A DNA stretch of 64,000 nt from the NCBI GenBank assembly GCA_965243205.1, contig CBDEUK010000002.1, positions 1 through 64,000 on the forward strand, in the 5' to 3' direction. Below are positions 1 through 9,427 of the stretch, piece by piece. A program made the position numbers and the translations under genes. How positions within the stretch are numbered: the first letter of the stretch is position 1; every line of letters starts with the position of its first letter. Below the pieces are notes generated by a model. It saw only the letters and a program-made list of their open reading frames with translations, did not search any database and was not told where the DNA came from. The DNA is from Gammaproteobacteria bacterium. Its GTDB lineage: Bacteria > Pseudomonadota > Gammaproteobacteria > Eutrophobiales > Eutrophobiaceae.

Positions 1-840
1 CCTGCGTAATTTAATCGAGTAACAAAGGCAAATGTACGGTGTGGGCTTGGAACATTTAAGTGAAGCGCTTTGAGTTCTTTACTGTTATGAACTAATTGAT
101 CTAGGGCAATTTCAGGCACGATGGTTGTCCCAGCTTTACCGGCAACCATTTGTACTAGAGTATATAGGCTCGTCCCTGCCATCGATTTATCACCTTCGCC
201 TAATTGCATATCACAGGCAGCCATAGCGTGGTCTTTTAAACAATGTCCGTCGCGTAATAATAATAGGTTGGTTTGTTTTAGCTCTTCTGTTGATATCTGT
301 TCTTGTTTTGCCAGTTCATCATCCGAATGAACAACTGCATAAAAATCCTCTTCCCAAAAATCGAAGGTGTGTAAGCCATCAGTTGCATAAGGGAGGGCAA
401 TGATGCCTGTATCAATCTCACCATCGCGCACACTTTGTAGTAAGACCTCCGATTCTTGTTCGTAGATCAACAGTTCTAATTCGGGGTATTGTTGCCGTAC
501 TGCGGGTAAGACTTTTGGTAATAAGTGAGGGCCTATAGTAGGTATAACGCCTAGCTTGATTGGGTAAGTTAAGGGTGATTGGCTGGTTTTCGCAAGTTGG
601 TGGATATCGTCGATATCCAATTGTATGGATTTTGCTCGAGCTAATATTTTTTCGCCTATTTTCGTAATAAGCACCTTTTTGGCAATCTCGTTCAAAGATT
701 TGCACGCCTAATTGGGCCTCTAATTCTGATATAGCTGTACTTAAAGCAGATTGAGAAACTGAACAAATTTCCGCCGCTTTTTTAAAATGTCGTGTTTTTT
801 CAACGGCTAAGGCGTAATTTAGTTGTTTAATAGAAATAAT
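1..840 (-). pseudogene. oxyR: OxyR-type LysR regulator, frameshifted, no canonical start codon; 3' end runs off the window
   Basis: Manual translation: ISIKQLNYALAVEKTRHFKKAAEICSVSQSALSTAISELEAQLGVQIFERD (LysR HTH). After one extra base at ~681-685 it continues KKVLITKIGEK..LGVIPTIGPHLLP..DGHCLKDHAMAAC with both redox Cys. Divergent from ahpC. May be a sequence error. Confidence 0.8.
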
Positions 841-980
841 AGTTCAATATTTTAGAACAGAATATTCTAAATTGTTCAATTTATTTTAACCTAAGAGTTG
901 TCTATTATTCTTTTCGCCAATACAGATACGTCTGTAAGAATTTTAAAGTTTTCATTCATAACTAAATAGGAGAAAGAACT

Positions 981-1543
981 GTGGCGATGATTAACAAAGA
1001 AATTCCTGAATTCAAAGCCGAAGCGTTTCACAATGGCGAATTCAAACTATCACCAGCGAAGATGTAAAGGGTAAATGGTCTATTTTCCTATTCTATCCAG
1101 CTGACTTCACTTTCGTATGTCCTACTGAGTTGGAAGATATGGCTGACCAATATGCAGAGCTTCAAAAATTGGGTGTTGAAGTCTATGCAGTCTCAACTGA
1201 TACACACTTTGTACATAAAGCATGGCACGATGCGAGCCCTGCTATTAGTAAAATCAACTACCCAATGCTTGGTGACCCTACTGGCACCATCACCCGTGGT
1301 TTTGATGTAATGATTGAAGAAGAAGCTCTTGCACTTCGTGGTACTTTCTTAGCGAATCCTGATGGTGTTATCAAAGTAGCTGAGATTCATGACCTAGGCA
1401 TTGGTCGTTCTGCAAAAGATATGGTCCGTAAAGTGAAAGCAGCACAATATGTTGCAAATAACGATGGCGAAGTTTGTCCTGCGGCTTGGGAAGAAGGTCA
1501 AGACACCTTAACTCCTAGTTTGGATCTTGTTGGTAAGATCTAA
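981..1543 (+). pseudogene. ahpC: Alkyl hydroperoxide reductase subunit C, split by a 1-nt deletion
   Basis: RBS AGGAG, GTG at 981; frame reads [19 protein letters not shown] then stops at TAA 1065-1067. Adding one A at 1044-1046 restores [48 protein letters not shown]. Confidence 0.85.
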
Positions 1544-1555
1544 ACCTTATCTTTA

Positions 1556-1592
1556 CCTACAACTTGTTTAACTTTATTAAACAAGTTGTAGG
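1556..1592 (+). repeat. Perfect 16-bp inverted repeat (stem-loop) between ahpC and ahpF
   Basis: CCTACAACTTGTTTAA-cttta-TTAAACAAGTTGTAGG. Confidence 0.8.
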
Positions 1593-1698
1593 ATCAGTTT
1601 TAAATTATTTTTAACTTTAACATCAGTTCAAATTGATAAGTCTGGACTGAAGGGATTTTTATACTCTAATTTTTATTAACACTGACCGGAGATTGATT

Positions 1699-3261
1699 AT
1701 GTTGTTAACGAAGGAATTACTTGACGCTGTAAAAGGTTATACAGCAAATATGAACAATGCGATCACTCTTGTTTTACAGCAAGGTGAGCATGCTAAACGT
1801 GCGGAATTAGTCGAATTCCTTGAATCACTGTGTTCAGTGTCAGATCAACTTAAGTTTGAAGAACGTGATATTCAAGCAAGAAGCCCGATCAGTTTTAGTT
1901 TAGAGCGTGATGGCGAGCCATTACATATAACTTTCTCAGGTATCCCTGGTGGTCACGAATTCAATTCATTGATACTAGCGATATTACAAGCTAGTGGTAC
2001 AGCACTAAAACTTGATGATCACATTCAGAAAATTATTAAACGTATTGATGAGCCACTTAACTTTGTTACCTATATTAGTTTGAGTTGTCATAACTGTCCT
2101 GATGTTGTTCAAGCGTTAAATCAATTTGCATTATTAAATTTGAATATTTCATCAGAGATGATCGATGGAGGTTTATTTCCTGAGCTTATCGAAGAAAATA
2201 ATATTCAAGGTGTGCCAAGCGTTTACTTGAATGATGAAGTATTTGCCAATGGAAAAATTGATACGGCTGTTTTATTGGAAAAATTAACAGAACTTTATCC
2301 AAGTATATTAGAGGCGAGCACTGATGATGGTCCAAGTTTGCCACAACAAGATGTGACGGTGATTGGTGGTGGGCCGGCAGGTGTTTCAGCGGCGATTTAT
2401 TCAGCACGTAAAGGTTTAAAAGTAACATTAATTGCTGATCGCATTGGTGGACAAGTTAAAGATACCATGGGCATTGAAAACTTTATTTCAGTTGCTTACA
2501 CCACTGGTCCAGAACTAACAGGTGCTTTGATTGAACATATGAAAAAATATGAAATTACAATCAAAGAACATGTCAGTGTCGATTCTGTAGAAAAAGGCGA
2601 TATCAAAAAAATTCATTTATCAACGGGTGAAGTAATTGAAACGCGATCTTTGATTATTGCAACTGGTGCAAAATGGCGCGAGTTAAATGTACCAGGTGAA
2701 AAAGAGAACATTGGTAATGGTGTCGCTTATTGTCCTCATTGCGATGGGCCATTCTTTAAAGGCAAAGATGTTATTGTTGTCGGTGGTGGGAATTCGGGTA
2801 TTGAGGCTGCATTAGATTTAGCAGGGATTGTTAAATCGGTAACCGTTTTAGAATTTTTACCTGAATTAAAAGCCGATCAAGTTCTTATAGATAAAGCGAA
2901 TTCAGCAAAGAATATTTCAATCATTAAAAACGTAGCGACTCAACAAATTCTTGCTGAGAATGGCAGTGTCACAGCACTTGAATATCAAGATAGAGAAACA
3001 GGTGAAAATCATACTATTGATATTGCTGCTGTGTTTATTCAGATTGGTTTGATACCTAATAGTAGTTTTTTAGAAGGTGTTGTTGAATTATCGCAGTATA
3101 AAGAAATTGTGATTAATGAACGTTGTGAAACTAATGAGCCTGGTATTTTTGCTTGTGGCGATGTTACAACGGTTCCTTATAAACAGATCGTTATTGCTAT
3201 GGGAGAAGGTTCAAAAGCAGCACTCTCAGCTTTTGAATATCTTTTGTTAGGGGGCGATTAG
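1699..3261 (+). CDS. ahpF: Alkyl hydroperoxide reductase subunit F
   Basis: [33 protein letters not shown] motifs; follows ahpC; ATG 1699 behind GGAGA. Confidence 0.97.
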   Translation: MLLTKELLDAVKGYTANMNNAITLVLQQGEHAKRAELVEFLESLCSVSDQLKFEERDIQARSPISFSLERDGEPLHITFSGIPGGHEFNSLILAILQASGTALKLDDHIQKIIKRIDEPLNFVTYISLSCHNCPDVVQALNQFALLNLNISSEMIDGGLFPELIEENNIQGVPSVYLNDEVFANGKIDTAVLLEKLTELYPSILEASTDDGPSLPQQDVTVIGGGPAGVSAAIYSARKGLKVTLIADRIGGQVKDTMGIENFISVAYTTGPELTGALIEHMKKYEITIKEHVSVDSVEKGDIKKIHLSTGEVIETRSLIIATGAKWRELNVPGEKENIGNGVAYCPHCDGPFFKGKDVIVVGGGNSGIEAALDLAGIVKSVTVLEFLPELKADQVLIDKANSAKNISIIKNVATQQILAENGSVTALEYQDRETGENHTIDIAAVFIQIGLIPNSSFLEGVVELSQYKEIVINERCETNEPGIFACGDVTTVPYKQIVIAMGEGSKAALSAFEYLLLGGD

Positions 3262-3355
3262 TTTGAGATTTTAATTGCTTTGTCATGTTTTTATGTTGTA
3301 GTGATTAATTAAATAGTTTTTCACTGCAATATAAAAGCACAAAAAGGTACTCATC

Positions 3356-3970
3356 TTGTCTAGTCAAAGCGAAGATAATCTTCAATTATTATTTCCCACA
3401 GCCATTCAGCTTAGTCAACTTAGAAATCACGAACGTATTAATGAAAATTTAATTAATGCAGTTAATGAAATTCGCTCCACAGAAAGGAACAGTAAACCGC
3501 AATCATGGGCTTGTGACTTGTTTACTACTATAGGTAATCCACAAACTTTATTAAATCATTCTGCAACCAAAGAATTTTTATATATCGCTAAAGAAAAGAT
3601 TGTTAAGTACGCAGAATCGTTTAATTATCATATTCCAGAAAGTTCAGTTCGTATCAATGAGTGTTGGTTAAATATTTATGAAACAGGTCACTCACAAGAA
3701 ATTCATATTCATAAAAACAGTATGTTTAGTGGTATTTATTATGTAAAGGCCCCAGAAGGTAGTGGCGCCACTCTATTCTACTCACCTTCCTCTGATGTGA
3801 TGTTAGAACCGCTAATCAAAGAAGGGAATAATTTAAATACAAAGGTAACAGGTTATCCACCTGTTGAAGGTCGTATGATGATTTTTAGAAGTTCATTAAG
3901 ACATAGTGTTTTACCTGGAACTATTACTAATGGAGAAAGGATCACGATTGCATTTAATGCTGTAGTTTAA
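3356..3970 (+). CDS. Putative 2OG-Fe(II) oxygenase (TIGR02466-like)
   Basis: W-x-N..H-x-H..SG(I)YY..F-x-S-x-L-x-H-x-V..R-I-T-I-A-F-N pattern. Confidence 0.8.
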   Translation: MSSQSEDNLQLLFPTAIQLSQLRNHERINENLINAVNEIRSTERNSKPQSWACDLFTTIGNPQTLLNHSATKEFLYIAKEKIVKYAESFNYHIPESSVRINECWLNIYETGHSQEIHIHKNSMFSGIYYVKAPEGSGATLFYSPSSDVMLEPLIKEGNNLNTKVTGYPPVEGRMMIFRSSLRHSVLPGTITNGERITIAFNAVV

Positions 3971-4102
3971 TTGAAATAAAACAGTCATTTGTTTGAAACA
4001 TTCATTTCATATTTATCTTTTTTAGATTATTAGATATTTATTCAGTCATCGTTCCGTAATAAACAAAAGATAATATCCATTCGTTGCTGAGAGAGTTTAC
4101 TA

Positions 4103-5629
4103 ATGGATAATCTAATTAATAATAATTTAAATCATATTCTTGTATTAGGTGGTGGCACTGCTGGTTTTTTATCAGCACTTTCACTCAAACGAAAATTACC
4201 TGATACAAAAATATCAGTTCTACAGTCATCTAAGTTAGGAATTATTGGCGTTGGTGAAGGAAGCTTAAGACAATTGCCAAATTTCTTACATGATTTTTTA
4301 GAAATTGATCCTAAACGTTTTTTTGAAGAAGTCAGTCCTACTTGGAAATTAGGTATTCGATTTCTTTGGGGTGAACGTGGAGATTTTAATTATACTTTTG
4401 CTCCACAAATTGATGTTTCTTATCCTCACCCAGATTTACCTAAACCAATGGGATACTACTGTTTCGATGAAATGGAAAATCATTGTGTTGCATCGGTTTT
4501 AATGCGTAATGATTATGTTTGTTTACGTGAAAAAAATGGCGAATACACCATTGGTGAAAACGTTGGTTATCATTTGGATAATAGACGTTTTGCTGCTTTC
4601 CTCGAAAAATATACCTTAGAACAAGGTGTCGAAATTATTGATGATTTAGTGATAGATGTTGAACAAAATGAACAAGCCATTACAGCTTTAAAACTCGAAT
4701 CAGGAGATTCAGTTGATGCAGATATATTTATTGATTGCTCAGGTTTCTCATCCATATTGCTAGGTAAAGTTTTAAAAGAACCGTTTGTTGATTATCGATC
4801 AAGCTTATATTGCGATAGAGCAATTATTGGTGGTTGGGATCGAACTGACGAGCCCACCCATCCTTATACAACCAGTGAAACTATGGATGCTGGTTGGTGT
4901 TGGCAAATAGAACATGAAGATCGTATTAATCGTGGTTATGTATTTTCTTCAGATTTTATTTCTGATGATGAAGCCGAATCAGAATTTCGTTCAAAAAATC
5001 CAAAGCTAAGTGAAACAGGCGGAATAATAAAATTTCGTGCAGGTCGTTATGAAAATGCGTGGGTAAAAAATGTAGTAGCGATTGGCAACTCTGCAGGTTT
5101 TGTTGAGCCATTAGAAGCAACTGCGATAGCTGCTATTTGTTCAACGGCTAAAGCCTTAGCAGAAACATTAGCTGAAACAGGTAAAAATATTACACCTTCT
5201 ATACGCAAAGCATTTAATCAATTTAATTCGCGCAACTGGGACACAATAGCTAATTTTTTAGCAGTGCATTATAAATTTAATACGTTGAAAGATACAAAGT
5301 TTTGGCGTGAATGTACTGAGAAAGTTGATTTGCGTGCTGCCGAACCGATTGTTGAATATTACAAGGAAAATGGTCCGAGTCATTTATGGCGCATTGTTTT
5401 AGAAGAACCGCTTTGCCGTTTTCAACTGGATGGTTATTACACATTACTTGTTGGTCAAAAAGTGCCTCATGCAAAATTGGATTCAGCAACTACACGAGAA
5501 CGTGTTGCATGGGAAAAACTACGTACAGCGACTCATCAATACGTATCGAATGGCATTACTGTTCCACAAATGTTGTCGATTATAAAATCTCCTGAATGGC
5601 AATGGCAGCCAAAACATTACGCTGCTTGA
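4103..5629 (+). CDS. Flavin-dependent (tryptophan-halogenase family) halogenase
   Basis: GGGTAG, IGVGEG, TWKLGIRF (catalytic-Lys region), WCWQI (WxWxI), FVEPLEAT. Confidence 0.92.
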   Translation: MDNLINNNLNHILVLGGGTAGFLSALSLKRKLPDTKISVLQSSKLGIIGVGEGSLRQLPNFLHDFLEIDPKRFFEEVSPTWKLGIRFLWGERGDFNYTFAPQIDVSYPHPDLPKPMGYYCFDEMENHCVASVLMRNDYVCLREKNGEYTIGENVGYHLDNRRFAAFLEKYTLEQGVEIIDDLVIDVEQNEQAITALKLESGDSVDADIFIDCSGFSSILLGKVLKEPFVDYRSSLYCDRAIIGGWDRTDEPTHPYTTSETMDAGWCWQIEHEDRINRGYVFSSDFISDDEAESEFRSKNPKLSETGGIIKFRAGRYENAWVKNVVAIGNSAGFVEPLEATAIAAICSTAKALAETLAETGKNITPSIRKAFNQFNSRNWDTIANFLAVHYKFNTLKDTKFWRECTEKVDLRAAEPIVEYYKENGPSHLWRIVLEEPLCRFQLDGYYTLLVGQKVPHAKLDSATTRERVAWEKLRTATHQYVSNGITVPQMLSIIKSPEWQWQPKHYAA

Positions 5630-5658
5630 GTTATTTACATAATATTTAGGTTAGTTCA

Positions 5659-7353
5659 ATGTTAAAAATAATTCGTTTATTACTTCCTACAATTATCTTT
5701 TTTGTATTCTCAGTTAGTTATATCAGTGCAAAAAATAATGATGAAAAGATGGATGCTTTGCCTTTGCATGAACAATTATTGAATGAGTTAAGAGAACATA
5801 AAGGAACTGTGACCAAAGTAATGACGCATTTATATCCTGACAAGCCTGCGTTTAATAGAGAGGCTGTGATTCCACCTATGTGTTATACAAAAACGGAAGG
5901 ACAATTTAATCCTTGTTATGTTTGTCATCAGGATTTTATCGAAGGTCGTGAAAACAAAATGGAGGATGGAGGTTTACAGTTAGAATACAGTTTTAGCGAT
6001 GTAGGCATGACTAATCATTGGGAAAATTTATTTGAAGATCGTTCAAAACAAGTTGCTGCAATTTCAGATGATGAAATTGATGAATACGTCAATCAAGATA
6101 ATTATTCTTCTCTTGCTGAGGATTTAAAGAATGACGGATTCAAAGGTTGGATACCAGATTTAAAAGATTTGCAGCTTGGTGCCGATGCTTTTGATAAAGA
6201 AGGGTTTGCAAAAGATGGCAGCCATTGGGTTGCCTTTAATTATAAACCTTTTCCTAGTACGTTCTGGCCAACCAATGGTTCCACTGATGATGTAATGATC
6301 CGTTTAGCTGAACCATATAGAACTGATAAAGAAGGGAATTACTCAGCGGATGTTTATAAGGCAAACTTAGCGATCGTTGAAGCGAATTTAAAAGATTTGA
6401 ATAAGATTACTTCTTTACCTGTGAATGAAAAAATAATTAACAAAGATCTTAACAATGATGGATTATTAACAATAATCACCGAAATATCTGTGCTTGATAG
6501 ATATGTTGGTGCAGCTGAGGAAAGATTTATTACGAGCTATATGTATCCTGCGCGCACAGAGTTTCTGCATACCGTACGTTATTTAGGTATCAATGAGAAT
6601 AATGAAATCGTACCTTCAACTCGAATGAAGGAAGTTCGCTATATAAAAAAATGGAAAGATGTCGAAAAACAATCTTACTACCGCGAATATCAAGAAGAAG
6701 AGTTTGCGAAATCAGAAGGACGTTTGCCTTTCTTTCCAATTATCGGTGATTGGGGTCTAGATAATGAATTTACTTGGTCAGTGCAAGGTTTTATTGAAGG
6801 TATAGATGGGCAACTACGAACATTGACCTACGAAGAAAATTTATTCTGTATGGGCTGTCATTCATCGATTGGTTCAACGATTGATAAGACTTTTAGCTTT
6901 CCTAGGAAAGTTGACGGTGCTAAAGGTTGGGGTTACATAAATCTAAAAGGTATGAAAGACGTACCGAATATGGGTGAATCAAAAGGTGAGATAGCAACGT
7001 ATTTTGAACGCGTTGGTGGTGGAGGTGAATTCAGAAGTAATCCTGAAATGTTTAAGAAATGGTTTAACCAAGATGGTTCCGTTAACCATAATGCGATTAA
7101 TAATGCATCAGATGTATATGAACTAATAGTGCCATCTAATGAGCGAGCACGAGAATTGAACAAAGCTTATAAAGTAATTGTTGATGAACAAGATTTTATT
7201 TATGGGAGAGACGCAACCATAACCCCTCCTCAGAATGTTTATAACGAAATCGATAATAAGACATCACCAACATTACCTAATGATAAATCTTTTAAATGGG
7301 ATATCAGACTTGATTGGAATCGTTCAAATTTTAAACAGGCTGAATTAGAATAG
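5659..7353 (+). CDS. Exported hypothetical protein with two CxxCH heme-c motifs
   Basis: N-terminal signal peptide; CYVCH near N-terminus, CMGCH in the C-terminal third. Confidence 0.7.
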   Translation: MLKIIRLLLPTIIFFVFSVSYISAKNNDEKMDALPLHEQLLNELREHKGTVTKVMTHLYPDKPAFNREAVIPPMCYTKTEGQFNPCYVCHQDFIEGRENKMEDGGLQLEYSFSDVGMTNHWENLFEDRSKQVAAISDDEIDEYVNQDNYSSLAEDLKNDGFKGWIPDLKDLQLGADAFDKEGFAKDGSHWVAFNYKPFPSTFWPTNGSTDDVMIRLAEPYRTDKEGNYSADVYKANLAIVEANLKDLNKITSLPVNEKIINKDLNNDGLLTIITEISVLDRYVGAAEERFITSYMYPARTEFLHTVRYLGINENNEIVPSTRMKEVRYIKKWKDVEKQSYYREYQEEEFAKSEGRLPFFPIIGDWGLDNEFTWSVQGFIEGIDGQLRTLTYEENLFCMGCHSSIGSTIDKTFSFPRKVDGAKGWGYINLKGMKDVPNMGESKGEIATYFERVGGGGEFRSNPEMFKKWFNQDGSVNHNAINNASDVYELIVPSNERARELNKAYKVIVDEQDFIYGRDATITPPQNVYNEIDNKTSPTLPNDKSFKWDIRLDWNRSNFKQAELE

Positions 7354-7589
7354 TATTGTTACGAAACAATACCTACACATACAAGTGCAATACGTAACAA
7401 TAACTTCACTGAAGATACATATTCATTTTAAAAAATTGCAACATCTACTTGCCATACTTCCAATGCTTATTATCGCTGAGTTGTGTTAATAGGCGCTAGA
7501 TTTTTACATTCTATTTATCTTTCATGATTTGTGTGGGGGAGTTTGTTAGCCAAACAAATCTTGAATTATCCAATTGGGAGATTTATTAA

Positions 7590-9275
7590 ATGAAATTCAC
7601 AGCTAAGCTTAGCGCTGTTGGTGCTGCTGCTTTCGTCATTTCTGCAGCCATTTCTGGTACAGCAAATGCGGGTACTGCACCTTACTTTATTCCGTTAACA
7701 AAAGCAGAAATTGTAGAACCTGCAAATTCAGTTGACGAGCAAAACCAACCTTGGAGCATGCCTTTTGGTATGAGCCAAACCAACTTAACCAGCATGGTAG
7801 AAATTGAAGCAGATATTAACCAATCTATTGTACGTAATGGTACTGAGCGCGGTAACGTTGCTTCAATGTGGGATATGTTAGCGTATGACCCTACTGGTCG
7901 TTATGTTTTCATCCCTCATGAGACTGTATATGGTGCTGGTGTATCTCGTTATGATTCACAAACAGATACAACTGAAATTCTTTTCATGGGTGATGGTACA
8001 GGTACACAATCAGGAAGTACCGCTTTTGCCGACGATACTGACTTTGGTGCATTTGACCCTGTGCGTTGGACTCCGAACGGTACCATCATTGCTGGTGAAG
8101 AGTGGTCAGGTAGAGGTCGTCTTGTTGAGTATTGTAATCCTTTAGATGCAGCTCCTGCAGATCCAACGGTTACGGCTTTAACAGCTGGTGATTGTACTGA
8201 TCCAAACGCTAACGCGGATTACCAAGTACTAAATGATATGCCTTTATCAGCCCAAGAAGGTATCTCTTTCAGTCTAGATGCACCACAAGACGTTATGTAC
8301 TTTGTTGATGAAAACCGTTCTGGTTCTATCTACAAATCAGTATTCGTTAATTCAGGTGATTACAGTAAAGCACAAACTTTCGTATTAAAAGTAACCGCAT
8401 TTACTGGTCCTGTTGCTGATGAAACTCGTGATGCAACTGTTGCAGGTCTTCCGCGTGTAGGTGCCGCTACCTGGGAACCTATTACTGATGTAAACGGCGC
8501 TCCATTAACTGGTATTACTGATCCAACTAGCGCTCCTTTCGCTGCTCGTGCTTCAGCTGATGATGCAGGTGGTACACCTTATGGTCGCCCTGAAGATACT
8601 ACTATTTCGCGTTTAGCAAATGGCAATGAAGTGCTTTACTTCACTGCTACTTCAGAAAATGCTGTTTATGGTATCGAAGAAACTACAAATGGTCCTTTCG
8701 TTCGTTTGTTAGCTCAAGGTCCTATCAGTCGTGCTGATAGCGGTAATATTGCTCAAGGTCCTGAAACTTCTTCCAACTTGGATTTCCCAGCGACTACAGC
8801 TGAAATGAACTCTCCTGATAACTTAGCGATTGATTCATTAGGTAACATTTACATCATCGAAGATTCACCTAACACCTCAACTGTTGGTGCTGATGGTGGT
8901 GATATCTGGTTTGTTCGTGATACCGACAATGATGGTGTGGCTGAATCTGTGGATCACTTCTTAAGCTTACAAGTTAATCGTTCAGAAGCGACTGGTATGA
9001 TCTTTAACCCTGTTGATCCAACTAAATTTGTTGTTGCAGTTCAGCATCCTAATAGTACTAACATTGTTGATTATCCTGACGGTTTTGGTGATGCATTATG
9101 GGAGTTCGATGTTTCAGGTGTTCAACCTCCTGAGTGTACTGGCCCACGTAGTCAATGGATGACTTTTAACCAAAAAACACGTCGTTTCGTTCGCGCTTGT
9201 TCAACACAACGTGATTACAATGCTATCGATCAGTTAAACGCAAGCGAAGATCCTAACGATTTTCCTAACCCTTAA
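7590..9275 (+). CDS. Secreted PhoX-like (DUF839) beta-propeller phosphatase
   Basis: Sec signal ending ANA; GEE, RPED, SPDNL, IIED, EATG, VQHP motifs typical of the PhoX family. Confidence 0.75.
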   Translation: MKFTAKLSAVGAAAFVISAAISGTANAGTAPYFIPLTKAEIVEPANSVDEQNQPWSMPFGMSQTNLTSMVEIEADINQSIVRNGTERGNVASMWDMLAYDPTGRYVFIPHETVYGAGVSRYDSQTDTTEILFMGDGTGTQSGSTAFADDTDFGAFDPVRWTPNGTIIAGEEWSGRGRLVEYCNPLDAAPADPTVTALTAGDCTDPNANADYQVLNDMPLSAQEGISFSLDAPQDVMYFVDENRSGSIYKSVFVNSGDYSKAQTFVLKVTAFTGPVADETRDATVAGLPRVGAATWEPITDVNGAPLTGITDPTSAPFAARASADDAGGTPYGRPEDTTISRLANGNEVLYFTATSENAVYGIEETTNGPFVRLLAQGPISRADSGNIAQGPETSSNLDFPATTAEMNSPDNLAIDSLGNIYIIEDSPNTSTVGADGGDIWFVRDTDNDGVAESVDHFLSLQVNRSEATGMIFNPVDPTKFVVAVQHPNSTNIVDYPDGFGDALWEFDVSGVQPPECTGPRSQWMTFNQKTRRFVRACSTQRDYNAIDQLNASEDPNDFPNP

Positions 9276-9318
9276 TTTTTAAGGTTTAGTTTAACTCTTA
9301 GCATTTCATGGATAGATG

Positions 9319-9346
9319 AAAAACCCCGCCTCCGCGGGGTTTTTTT
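9319..9346 (+). terminator. Rho-independent terminator after the PhoX-like gene
   Basis: AAAAACCCCGC-ctcc-GCGGGGTTTTTTT. Confidence 0.9.
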
Positions 9347-9427
9347 ATAATTTTATTGTTTTTACATATATGTAATAAAGTTGATGTAAATTCATTGGTA
9401 TTAAATTAATTACGATATATAAATGTC

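Noticed and set aside
121-705. ORF-track entries 121-330 (+) and 418-705 (-)
   Set aside because: Antisense shadow and out-of-frame run-on of the frameshifted oxyR
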